DNA of 64,000 nt from Candidatus Omnitrophota bacterium (GCA_016212005.1 JACRHP010000009.1:6560-70559); one strand, 5' to 3'. Counted from the first letter of the stretch, positions 20,242-28,771 are shown. Program-made: numbers and translations. Notes: generated by a model from the letters alone, not told the origin.

Positions 20242-22174
20242 CTGGTTGGGTGGTTTTATGCGGTTGCTGCCGCTTCAGGCGGCGCTATGGATCAGCCGTC
20301 TTGTCGGCACGCTGGCCTATTATTTTGATATCCGCCACAAGACAATCGCCTACGCCAATATCAAGGCCGTCTTCGCCGATTCCAGATCTCCCGCTGAAAT
20401 CCGGCGCATGACCAAAGAACTATTTCGGAATTACGCGCAGAATTTTATCGATTTATTCCGCCTGCCGCTGGTAACTCCCCAGAATTTCCAGGACCTGATC
20501 ACCGTTGAAGGTATCGAGAATCTTTCCCTTGGCCTTGGCCAGGGGAAAGGCGCGATCATGCTGGCCATGCACTTCGGCAGCTGGGAACTGGCCAACCTTT
20601 CCTGCGCCATGCTCAAATTGCCTTATAAAGTTATTGTCAAACCGCAGACGCGGTATACCCGTCTGGAAGAGCTTTTAAATTCCTACCGTTCCTGCGGCGG
20701 TTACGTTGTCCTTAACCGGGGGATGGGGACCCGGGACTTCGTGCGGAGCTTGCAGAGCAATGAGGTCATCGGGATGGTGGTCGACCAAGGCGGGCGCGAC
20801 GGGGTCCTCGTACCGTTTTTTGGACGCAACGCTTCTATGTCGGTAGGGGCGATCCGCATGGGGCTTAAATGGGGAGTCCCGATTTGTTTTAGCGTCATCC
20901 ATCGTCAGCCGGGCGGCCGGCACAAAATGATCGTCCATAAACCCCTGGAACTGGTCAACACGGGGCGTACGGAGGAAGACATCGTTGCCAATCTTTCCCA
21001 AATCACGAAGATCATGGAAGATTATATCCGGCGTTATCCCTCGGAGTATATGTGGTTTTATAAAATCTGGAAATATTCCGACCAGACCTCCATCACAATC
21101 TTGAGCGACGAGAAAACAGGACATCTGCGCCAGTCCCAGGCCGTGGCCCGGTTATTGCAAAAAGCCCTGGCCGAACGTGAAATCCGTTCCAGCGTCCAGG
21201 AAGTCCCGGTCCGGTTTAAAGGCGAATTCCACCGGAACCTTTTCGCCGTTTTGAGCCTGTGTTTACCGCCGTTTTTCCATCAAGGGCATCTGGAATATCT
21301 GAAATGGTTTTTAACGGGTGAATCTTACGGCCGGGCAATCCGGGTCAAGTCGGATTTTATTGTCTCCTGCGGTTCATCCGTCGCGGCGGTTAACTATTTT
21401 CTGGCAAAGGACCATGGCGCCAAAAGTGTCGTGGTCCTCAAGCCCGGGATCCTGGGATACAGGAAATTCAACCTGGTGATATTGCCGCGACATGAAATGC
21501 CGCGTCAGGTCCCGGCGGGGCCGCGTTTGGTGGAAACGTTGGGGGCCCCGAACCTGATCACCCCGGAATATCAGCAGGAACAATCGCAGGGACTGCTCAA
21601 GCGATATTCACATTTAAAGAATAACCTGAAGATCAAGATCGGCCTTTTTATCGGCGGCGATTCGAAGGATATCTTTTTAAGCGAACACCTGTTGAAAGTT
21701 TTGGTCCACCAGCTCACCGAGGTGGCGCAGGAGATCAGCGCGGACATCCTGGTGACAACCTCACGGCGTACTCCGGCGGCCGTTGAAGAATTACTGCAAA
21801 AAAGGCTGCGCAAACATCCGCGGTGTCCGCTCCTCGTTATCGCCAATGAAGATGACGTGCCCGAAGCGGCAGGAGGCATGATGGGGTTGTCGGACATCCT
21901 GGTCGTTTCCGGAGACAGCATCTCGATGATCTCGGAAGCGGCCAGTTCCGGGAAGAAGACCATTGTCTTCCTGCCGGAACTGCGCCAGAAAGAGCAGCGG
22001 AAATCGAACAAACATCTGGCATTCATTGAACAGTTAGGGGCGGAAGGTTATCTTTTTGCCAGCAGCATCAAGGACATCGGCCGCGCCGTTTATGATATCG
22101 CCAAGGGCAAGATCCAGACCAAGCCGCTCAACGATAACCTGGTGATACTCGATGCCCTCCGGAAAATTATTTAA
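20186..22174 (+). CDS. Lipid A late acyltransferase (LpxL/HtrB-like) fused to an ELM1/GtrOC1-like domain
   Basis: N-half HFGSWE, VDQG...VPFFG, YMWFYKIWK; C-half SDEKTGHLRQS, IGG, TTSRRTP, VSGDSISMISEAASSG; start codon uncertain (20186 or 20201). Confidence 0.82.
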   Translation: MEKKKMPSFSESLIFHSVNWLGGFMRLLPLQAALWISRLVGTLAYYFDIRHKTIAYANIKAVFADSRSPAEIRRMTKELFRNYAQNFIDLFRLPLVTPQNFQDLITVEGIENLSLGLGQGKGAIMLAMHFGSWELANLSCAMLKLPYKVIVKPQTRYTRLEELLNSYRSCGGYVVLNRGMGTRDFVRSLQSNEVIGMVVDQGGRDGVLVPFFGRNASMSVGAIRMGLKWGVPICFSVIHRQPGGRHKMIVHKPLELVNTGRTEEDIVANLSQITKIMEDYIRRYPSEYMWFYKIWKYSDQTSITILSDEKTGHLRQSQAVARLLQKALAEREIRSSVQEVPVRFKGEFHRNLFAVLSLCLPPFFHQGHLEYLKWFLTGESYGRAIRVKSDFIVSCGSSVAAVNYFLAKDHGAKSVVVLKPGILGYRKFNLVILPRHEMPRQVPAGPRLVETLGAPNLITPEYQQEQSQGLLKRYSHLKNNLKIKIGLFIGGDSKDIFLSEHLLKVLVHQLTEVAQEISADILVTTSRRTPAAVEELLQKRLRKHPRCPLLVIANEDDVPEAAGGMMGLSDILVVSGDSISMISEAASSGKKTIVFLPELRQKEQRKSNKHLAFIEQLGAEGYLFASSIKDIGRAVYDIAKGKIQTKPLNDNLVILDALRKII

Positions 22175-22224
22175 AATTTATCGCGTGGAGCCCCACGGGT
22201 TAACACCCGTGGCCCCTCTATTTT
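22162..22224 (+). repeat. Direct repeat A, copy 1 (copy 2 at 23469-23531)
   Basis: 63 bp with 2 mismatches; contains the CCACGGG-TTAACA-CCCGTGG hairpin. Confidence 0.92.
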
Positions 22225-22332
22225 CCGGTTCCGCGTTGTTCCGGATGGCTTGAGGGATAGTGATTCGGCGGTGGTTTGTGAGGAACAGATTGTTTGAAAA
22301 ATATATATTTTATGGAGTATAGTTCCTTATAA

Positions 22333-22361
22333 TTGACATATTATATGGAATATGCTAATAT
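22333..22361 (+). promoter_or_regulatory. Sigma70 promoter, probably leaderless, for the AAA+ ATPase
   Basis: TTGACA-17 nt-TAATAT; ATG begins after a 6-nt gap. Confidence 0.6.
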
Positions 22362-22367
22362 TATCCT

Positions 22368-23495
22368 ATGAAAATACCTCGGTTTTATCAGGATTTAACT
22401 CCCTACCTTAAGCCAAACAATGTCCTGGTCATTTATGGGCCGCGGCAGGTCGGCAAGACCACGCTGATTCAGGATTTTCTGGCCACCGTTCCGGGGCGCT
22501 ATAAGCTGGATTCAGGAGATAACATCCGGATACAGACCGTTCTGGGGTCGCAGGATTTTGACGTGATCAAAGAATACGCGCAAGGATATTCTTTGATCGT
22601 TATCGATGAAGCCCAAAGAATTCCCAACGTCGGCCAGGGATTGAAAATTCTGGTGGATCAGCTTCCCGGTATTCAGGTGATCGCGACGGGTTCTTCCTCT
22701 TTTGAACTGGCCGGGCAAGTGGGGGAACCGCTCACCGGGAGAAAAACTACGCTGACATTGTATCCGGTATCGCAGTTGGAATTGCGGGGCCTTTATAACA
22801 CTTATGAATTGAAAAACAACCTGGAGCATTGGCTTGTCTTCGGGGGGTATCCCGAAATCACCGCGGTAGGATCAAAAAGTGAAAAGATCCGCTTGCTGGA
22901 AGAATTAGTGCAATCGTATTTATTCAAGGATATCCTGGAGCTGGAACAGGTCAAGAGTTCCAGGACCCTTATGGACCTGTTACGCCTGTTGGCATTCCAG
23001 GTGGGCAAGGAAGTCTCGTTAAACGAACTGGGACAGCAGGTCGGCGTGGACACCAAGACGGTGGCGCGCTATCTGGACCTCTTTGAAAAGGCGTTTGTCG
23101 TTTACAATCTGCGCGGCTTTAGCCGCAACCTGCGGTCCGAGATCGTGAGGAAAGGCAAGTATTATTTTTATGACAACGGCATCCGCAACGGCGTGATCTC
23201 AAATTTTAACGAGATGGGACTCCGTAACGACGCCGGAGAATTGTGGGAGAATTTCCTGTTTATGGAACGGCTCAAGAAACGGTCTTATCAGAATATATAT
23301 GCCAACAGTTATTTCTGGCGGACGTGGGAACGCCAGGAAATCGATTTGATCGAAGAGCGGGAGGGCAAATTGTTCGCATTTGAATTCAAGTGGGGCAAAG
23401 ACAAAACCAAACTGCCGAAGCAATGGGCCGCGGCCTATCCCGAAGCGTTGTTTGAGGTCATTGACAGAGAAAATTATTTAGAATTTATCGCGTGA
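22368..23495 (+). CDS. AAA+ ATP-binding protein (AAA_14/DUF4143 type)
   Basis: GPRQVGKTT, IDEAQ, ATGSS, LTGR, YFYDNGIRN, WEN, EID...FEFK nuclease-like tail. Confidence 0.88.
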   Translation: MKIPRFYQDLTPYLKPNNVLVIYGPRQVGKTTLIQDFLATVPGRYKLDSGDNIRIQTVLGSQDFDVIKEYAQGYSLIVIDEAQRIPNVGQGLKILVDQLPGIQVIATGSSSFELAGQVGEPLTGRKTTLTLYPVSQLELRGLYNTYELKNNLEHWLVFGGYPEITAVGSKSEKIRLLEELVQSYLFKDILELEQVKSSRTLMDLLRLLAFQVGKEVSLNELGQQVGVDTKTVARYLDLFEKAFVVYNLRGFSRNLRSEIVRKGKYYFYDNGIRNGVISNFNEMGLRNDAGELWENFLFMERLKKRSYQNIYANSYFWRTWERQEIDLIEEREGKLFAFEFKWGKDKTKLPKQWAAAYPEALFEVIDRENYLEFIA

Positions 23496-23531
23496 AGCCC
23501 CACGGGTTAACACCCGTGGCCCCTCTATTTT
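23469..23531 (+). repeat. Direct repeat A, copy 2
   Basis: Matches 22162-22224; overlaps the last codons (ENYLEFIA-stop) of the ATPase. Confidence 0.92.
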
Positions 23532-23606
23532 TAGGACTCCGTCCGTGGGGCGGGATCCTGGCCAGAACGCCTTCATTCACGCCTTTACAGACGTGGCGTT
23601 CTGGCG
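23494..23606. mobile_element. Degenerate non-autonomous IS200/IS605-like end element
   Basis: GAAGCCCCACGGG-N6-CCCGTGG hairpin at left; GCCAGAACGCC (23561-23571)/GGCGTTCTGGC (23595-23605) inverted repeat at right; no tnpA/tnpB; family by resemblance only. Confidence 0.5.
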
Positions 23607-23631
23607 TCAGGGTAGATTTTTCGGGCCCGGC

Positions 23632-23691
23632 AAAGATTGCGCGTCATTCTTGCCGTCCACGGGACCCACGGCGCCAAGAAAGAGCGGCCGG
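23632..23691 (+). repeat. Direct repeat B, copy 1 (copy 2 at 24731-24790)
   Basis: Ungapped hand alignment gives 44/60 identity, mismatches mostly transitions. Confidence 0.75.
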
Positions 23692-23710
23692 GTACAACCC
23701 GATCCTGAAT

Positions 23711-23750
23711 TTGACAATCGTGCTGTAATATGTTACAGTAACAACTGTAA
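23711..23750 (+). promoter_or_regulatory. Promoter with overlapping inverted-repeat operator for the MNT/HEPN pair
   Basis: TTGACA-17 nt-TACAGT; CTGTAA-N4-TTACAG-N6-CTGTAA overlaps the -10. Confidence 0.6.
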
Positions 23751-23770
23751 ATAACGCAGAGCAACAGAAT

Positions 23771-24313
23771 ATGATCAACTTGCGCTCCCAAATCACACAA
23801 AAGGTCCTGGGGTATTTCTACCTCCACGAAGACGCAGAAATGTACATCAATGAAACGGCCCGCCGGCTTGGTCTTGACAGTGGTAATCTCACCAGAAAAT
23901 TCGAGGAGTTGGAAAGCCAGGGGATCCTCAAGAGCCGGTGGAAGGGGGCCCAGCGGTATTATTCGCTTGATAAGGAATTCTCGCTTTATCAGGAATATAA
24001 AAAAATTATCAAAAAAACCGTTGGTTTTGAAGAAATCTTGCGCGCTTCTTTAAAATCACTTGCAGGCATTCAACAAGCTGTTGTCTTCGGCTCTTACGCG
24101 GCTGATAAAATGGATCCCAAAAGCGATATTGATGTATTGGTCATCGGAGATCATGACACGGTGGAACTGCAAAAAGTAATTGCCCGGATCCAGAGATCCG
24201 TTGACCGTGAAATAAATTGTATCACTATGACTGGCAAAGAATACCGGGAAAAACAAAAAAAGGACCCGTTTTTAAGATCCTTAAAAAGTAAACCCCGTCT
24301 TGACCTCTTATGA
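23771..24313 (+). CDS. HTH + minimal nucleotidyltransferase (MntA-like antitoxin)
   Basis: N-terminal wHTH (YINETARRLGLDSGNL); FGSYA......SDIDVLVIG. Confidence 0.85.
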   Translation: MINLRSQITQKVLGYFYLHEDAEMYINETARRLGLDSGNLTRKFEELESQGILKSRWKGAQRYYSLDKEFSLYQEYKKIIKKTVGFEEILRASLKSLAGIQQAVVFGSYAADKMDPKSDIDVLVIGDHDTVELQKVIARIQRSVDREINCITMTGKEYREKQKKDPFLRSLKSKPRLDLL

Positions 24314-24732
24314 CCCGGTTTGAGAAAGAATATTTCCGCCCGTTTTCTTTCAGCGGCAAAGAGATTGACCGTTATTTCCAGAACGCTTTGCGCGATCTTA
24401 AAATTGCCCAGACGGATCCCTACACGGAAGTGCGGTTTACGTATTGTTATCAGGCCTTGATCAAATCCGGCATCGCCTTGATCGCCAAAGTCGGCCAGGT
24501 CAAAGTCAGAAGCGTGGCCGGGCACCATGTCCAGGTATTGACGAAAATGAGCAATTTGTTGAACAACCCGGATATTTTGACCATCGGCAATGCCATGCGC
24601 ATGAAACGTAATCTGGACCTTTACAGCGGCGGCGAATTCATCAGCAAGAAAGAAACCGGCGATTATATCCGTTTTACAAAGCAGGTTATCAATCAAACGG
24701 AGAAAATTATCAAGGCAGGGAAGAAGGAGTAA
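24310..24732 (+). CDS. HEPN domain protein (putative toxin)
   Basis: A.RDL.IA...CYQA, H, RMKRNLDLY (R-X4-Y type); ATGA overlap with the MNT gene. Confidence 0.72.
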   Translation: MTRFEKEYFRPFSFSGKEIDRYFQNALRDLKIAQTDPYTEVRFTYCYQALIKSGIALIAKVGQVKVRSVAGHHVQVLTKMSNLLNNPDILTIGNAMRMKRNLDLYSGGEFISKKETGDYIRFTKQVINQTEKIIKAGKKE

Positions 24733-24790
24733 ACATCGCGCGGTGTTTCTGCCATCCACGGGATCCGCAGCGCCAAAAGAGAATGGCTGG
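24731..24790 (+). repeat. Direct repeat B, copy 2
   Basis: Begins within the HEPN stop codon; aligns with 23632-23691. Confidence 0.75.
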
Positions 24791-24853
24791 ATATTATTGC
24801 GGGGGGAGTAAAGGACGTTGCCGCCGTTAATGAAGGATTGACAGAGGAGAATC

Positions 24854-24925
24854 ATGCCGAGAATATTCGATAACATTGAACAGCCGCTTTTGCCGTCGTT
24901 GAAAGGTTTTTATTATGCCTCCTGA
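24854..24925 (+). pseudogene. N-terminal remnant of a restriction-associated PLD/SNF2-type helicase
   Basis: GAGGAG RBS then MPRIFDNIEQPLLPSLK and an early stop; family recognised from memory. Confidence 0.5.
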
Positions 24926-25028
24926 AGCATTCTCCAGAGTTTTGATCGACGAAGCCCTGAAATCCTCCGGCTGGGATCTGGCAAAGAATGCTCATTTCGA
25001 ACTTGCCGGATCGCAAGAGGCTCGATGA
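24915..25028 (+). pseudogene. N-terminal remnant of a type I restriction subunit HsdR
   Basis: MPPEAFSRVLIDEALKSSGWDL matches the EA.SR..ID..L...GW start typical of HsdR. Confidence 0.6.
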
Positions 25029-25134
25029 TATTGTTTTCGACACGATCGGCCTCACCGCCGCCGAACGCAAAGAAGTCTACTGGTCTGTCTGTGAACTCGT
25101 CAAAAACCGCCTCGACCAAGCAGGAAGTGTGTGA
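25003..25134 (+). pseudogene. C-terminal remnant of an N6-methyltransferase/type IIG R-M enzyme
   Basis: LPDRKRLDDIVFDTIGLTAAERKEVYWSVCELVKNRLDQAGSV-stop; family recognised from memory. Confidence 0.55.
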
Positions 25135-25147
25135 AGCGAGTAATATT

Positions 25148-26083
25148 ATGAAGGAACAGAAACCCAAAAAACGGCACCATTATATACCTGTCTTTTATTT
25201 GAACGGTTTTACGGATAAAAACGGATGTCTATATGTGTACGATAAAGACACTAAGCCGGTGTTTGAATCCTCTCCCGAGGGTATCGCATACGAGAACCAC
25301 TATTTTTCTTTTATGACGCCACATGGCGAAAGGGATTCGGAGACCGTGGAAAATGCTATCATGTTATGGGAGGGAGAATTTGCAAGAATAGTAAAAAAAA
25401 TCCATGATCATGAGGATTTGACGGATGATGATTATATGGTTTTTTCTTTTTTCGTTGCATCTATGATGATAAGAGTTCCCAACATGAGGGATAACATACG
25501 GAAAGCGACCGGCGAGACGATAAAACGTATGAATGTCTTCATGTCGTCCCACAAAGAAAATTTTGGACGAATGATAAAGAAGTATGAAAGCAATACAGGA
25601 AGGCAAATTGGCATGGATGTTGAAGAACTGCGTCAATGGATGAATAATCCGGACAATTATGACATGACCGTTGACAAGGAATATGCTACTGGAATGGCTT
25701 TATGCTTGCTTGAAGATCTTGCGAAGGGGTTTTTAAATATGAAATGGGCTTTTTTAAAGGCAACGGACGACTATAAATATGTGACAGGTGACAATCCGTT
25801 GCGATACATTGACCCGACACATAACCCGCGCTCATTTTACGGAGTAGGGCTCGCCAACGAAAACATAGAAGTTTCCTTGCCCTTATCCAAAGAGATTTGT
25901 GCTTTCGGTTCATGGAAATATAGAGAAGGTCATATACAAGCCAATAGTCAGCATGTAAAACATTTAAATAAAATGACCGTTAGCGCATCGGTAAAGTTTG
26001 TATTCGCCGATACCAAGTCAGAGATTATTGACCAATTTGTAAAAAAGTATAAAGATAGCCATCCTGTAATGGTCGTTGGTTAA
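25148..26083 (+). CDS. DUF4238-like protein
   Basis: RHHYIPVFYL.GF, ENHYF, VEN.....E, YVTGDNP, LPLS; AT-rich relative to flanking core genes. Confidence 0.8.
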   Translation: MKEQKPKKRHHYIPVFYLNGFTDKNGCLYVYDKDTKPVFESSPEGIAYENHYFSFMTPHGERDSETVENAIMLWEGEFARIVKKIHDHEDLTDDDYMVFSFFVASMMIRVPNMRDNIRKATGETIKRMNVFMSSHKENFGRMIKKYESNTGRQIGMDVEELRQWMNNPDNYDMTVDKEYATGMALCLLEDLAKGFLNMKWAFLKATDDYKYVTGDNPLRYIDPTHNPRSFYGVGLANENIEVSLPLSKEICAFGSWKYREGHIQANSQHVKHLNKMTVSASVKFVFADTKSEIIDQFVKKYKDSHPVMVVG

Positions 26084-26148
26084 GGTAAAGGCGTAATTCG
26101 GGATACAAATGCAGGATGCAGGTGACAGTCACTCCGGCGGGGACAGAC

Positions 26149-26274
26149 ATGGCGAGCCTCGTCGCTCGTGTGACCGAAATCCGCGCCATGCAAGCCGACC
26201 AATCCGCCAGCCGCAAGCGTCTGGACGACCTGTTTCAGTCAATGTTACACCGTGCTTTTGAGGGGGAGTTATGA
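26149..26274 (+). pseudogene. C-terminal remnant of a type I specificity subunit HsdS
   Basis: ARVTEIRAMQADQSASRKRLDDLFQSMLHRAFEGEL-stop, the HsdS coiled-coil and AF.GEL terminus. Confidence 0.75.
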
Positions 26275-26434
26275 CGAAGGAGGAATTAAGGTTGCGTCAC
26301 ACGTCCCCCGACGTGTCCTATAAAAAGGTTATGCAGCGAAAATTTCAAGAGCTTCAGCCGGTGAGTTTAATGGATTTGGGAGTGATTTAGATTGAACCTA
26401 ATGTCTATTTTAAATTAGCCTTGGTGAGGATAAT

Positions 26435-28450
26435 ATGATAAAGGCGTTTGTCGGTCACAGTTTTGACTCGGAAGACGAGTCAATAATTACTGCATTCAAA
26501 AAGATGTTTAATAGCTTAAGAACGAGCATGGCTTTTGAGTGGGAAGATGCTGAAGCTACACAGATTAAACCATTGTCAAAAAAGGTTCCGCAAAAAATGG
26601 CGGATAAGAATTTGTTTATTGGTATTTTTACACGAAAACACATAGAACTTGAACTGAAGCAATTAATTCCGTCCAAGCCTTGGAATAAGAATAAATATGT
26701 TATTAGAAGGGCCGATTGTGCTTATGGAACATCGTACTGGATTACTCAGGAAAGTGGATATGCTATAGCTCAGGGCATGGTAACTCTTTTTTTAATTGAA
26801 AAGGGCGTGAGAGAATTAAAGGGATTGCACGCCGATATGGAACACATCTATTTTGAGCGAGGCAAAGAAAGCGAATGTTTTGTTAAGCTAAACGAAGCTT
26901 TAGGTCAGTTTCTTAGCGAGAGCAAAATCAATAACGGGAAAAAAGGGAGCAATATTCCTCCCAAACAATCAGAAAAAGATATTGCTACGGCGGCGAGCGA
27001 AAATATTGCTGTGCAAGAGGCCACAGAAGCTGATGAAGCGCAAGAAGTAAAAAAGCATAAAGAAAAAAAGGATGATAAGTATTATTTTAGGGAAATGTAT
27101 TTCGCGCTTCTTGAGAAAGAAAATGCAAAATTCGAGCAACTAAAAAATGAGGTTTTTGAGAAATATAAAGCCGACGAAGATGGCACGATAGAGTGGCAAG
27201 CTAAAGTATTATCTCTGGAAAGCCTTTTGACGCAGAAGGATGTTTTAAATGACTTGAAGGAGCTTCAAAAAAAGAAGCCTGAAAATGCATTGATAGCTTA
27301 CTATATTGGCGAAGAATATGAAAAATATAAGAATTATGAACAAGCAATCGACGAATACCTAAAATCTGCAAGACTGGAAAAACAAGTTGGATCTAAATTG
27401 CATAGGGTTAGCCTGGCCGCCCATGCCTATGTAAAAAATGGTCAAAAAAACGAAGCGATAAATATTTTATTAAAAGAATTACACGAGGATTCGCCTGATG
27501 ACGAAAAGCGTTTGATATATGGATATTTAGCTGATATTGCGAAGGCCATGGAGGACAATGAATTATTTACAGTTTTCGCTGAAAAAGCATTGGCGATAAA
27601 TCCGAGTAATAGCTCGTTAAGGTTCAGTCTTGCTTATAAGTATTCCAATATGGACAAAGATGTGTTGGCTTTATATCACTACAATATTTTAGCCGCTAAC
27701 AGCCCAGATTCATCGAATTGTAATAACCTCGGTGTAGCATATGCCAGTTTGGGAATGCCTAGCAAGGCGGTAGAATCATATATCAGGGCAAGTGAACTAG
27801 GCGCGACAATATCAAGAGCTAATCTTGCGCAAAAGCTACTTAACGAAGGATTCATTGATTATGCGAACAATCAGTTAAAAGAGGCTATGAAATCAGAGGA
27901 TTATGAAAAAGATAATGTGGGAAGGGCATTGCTAAGGATAGATTCAATTCGCGAAGAAGAGAACAAAAAAGAAAAAGAGGCATTAGAGGGTATTGCGGGG
28001 GAAAGGCGTTTTAAGCAAGATTATGCAGATGCATATTCAATTGGTTTTATTGTTAGCGAAGCATTAAGCGGTGAATGGAATAGCAAGCATGGCAAAATTG
28101 AAATACATTTAGAATCCGGGAACAATCTATATGGTAAAAAGGAAGAAACGGTCGAGGGAAACAATTTGTATCTGGCTGCGATGTTAGCCGGATCGTCCGT
28201 TGGCACAACACCAGAAAAGCGAATCGTTAAATTTATAAGAACATTCGAAGGCAAAATAATTAAAAACAGGACTTTTGAATATAAACTTAAGATTGAAAGA
28301 CAGCCACCGTATAGCACTCTATTAGCACAGGATCTTACGATAACCGAATTTTCTGGCTACGGGATCATAAGCAAAGAGATGAATTTGATAAAGGTAATGG
28401 AGCTTGACAAGGATAAAAAGCAAACTTTCTTAGAAATGATAAAAACATAA
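26435..28450 (+). CDS. Protein with N-terminal TIR/NDT-like domain and TPR repeats
   Basis: KAFVGHSF, LFIGIFT, WITQESGYAIA; charged linker; TPR-like helices (YEQAIDEYLKS, NNLGVAYASLG); GAGG RBS; AT-rich. Confidence 0.7.
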   Translation: MIKAFVGHSFDSEDESIITAFKKMFNSLRTSMAFEWEDAEATQIKPLSKKVPQKMADKNLFIGIFTRKHIELELKQLIPSKPWNKNKYVIRRADCAYGTSYWITQESGYAIAQGMVTLFLIEKGVRELKGLHADMEHIYFERGKESECFVKLNEALGQFLSESKINNGKKGSNIPPKQSEKDIATAASENIAVQEATEADEAQEVKKHKEKKDDKYYFREMYFALLEKENAKFEQLKNEVFEKYKADEDGTIEWQAKVLSLESLLTQKDVLNDLKELQKKKPENALIAYYIGEEYEKYKNYEQAIDEYLKSARLEKQVGSKLHRVSLAAHAYVKNGQKNEAINILLKELHEDSPDDEKRLIYGYLADIAKAMEDNELFTVFAEKALAINPSNSSLRFSLAYKYSNMDKDVLALYHYNILAANSPDSSNCNNLGVAYASLGMPSKAVESYIRASELGATISRANLAQKLLNEGFIDYANNQLKEAMKSEDYEKDNVGRALLRIDSIREEENKKEKEALEGIAGERRFKQDYADAYSIGFIVSEALSGEWNSKHGKIEIHLESGNNLYGKKEETVEGNNLYLAAMLAGSSVGTTPEKRIVKFIRTFEGKIIKNRTFEYKLKIERQPPYSTLLAQDLTITEFSGYGIISKEMNLIKVMELDKDKKQTFLEMIKT

Positions 28451-28569
28451 GCCGGTTCTGATAATAAACGTCAGGTACAAATTTACAAATTTAGGGGACA
28501 GGTAAGGTATGTTGATGGACAAATTCCCAGACACATTCCATGCCGGAAATCAAGGAAATCAACGTGCCA

Positions 28570-28650
28570 GGCACTTTTGGACACCTGCTTACGAACGTCC
28601 GCGGCGCGGCCGCGATCTTTCTTGACACGCTTTTAGGGGAAGAGCTTGCC
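28570..28650 (+). repeat. Direct repeat C, copy 1 (copy 2 at 29617-29697)
   Basis: 81 bp ungapped, about 10 mismatches; core ACGAACGTYCGCGGCGCGGCCGCG. Confidence 0.88.
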
Positions 28651-28660
28651 GGGGGGCAGG

Positions 28661-28720
28661 CCTGCCTGCCCTGTCTGCCCTGACTGCCGTCAGGCAGGCG
28701 ACAGGCAAGCGGCAGGCAGG
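28661..28720. repeat. Nested CCTGCCTGCC/GGCAGGCAGG palindrome
   Basis: Outer 10-bp inverted repeat encloses CCTGTC/GACAGG, which encloses CCTGAC/GTCAGG. Confidence 0.8.
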
Positions 28721-28771
28721 TTGAAGGCCGCGAAGAGGCCGCAGGGCGAGGGAAAGGAAGAGTTTAGTCTT

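Noticed and set aside
23492-23754. ORFs 23492-23728 and 23545-23754
   Set aside because: They are translations of the hairpin element, repeat B and promoter DNA; a faint ParE-like C-terminal reading of repeat B (VILAVHG) is too weak to call
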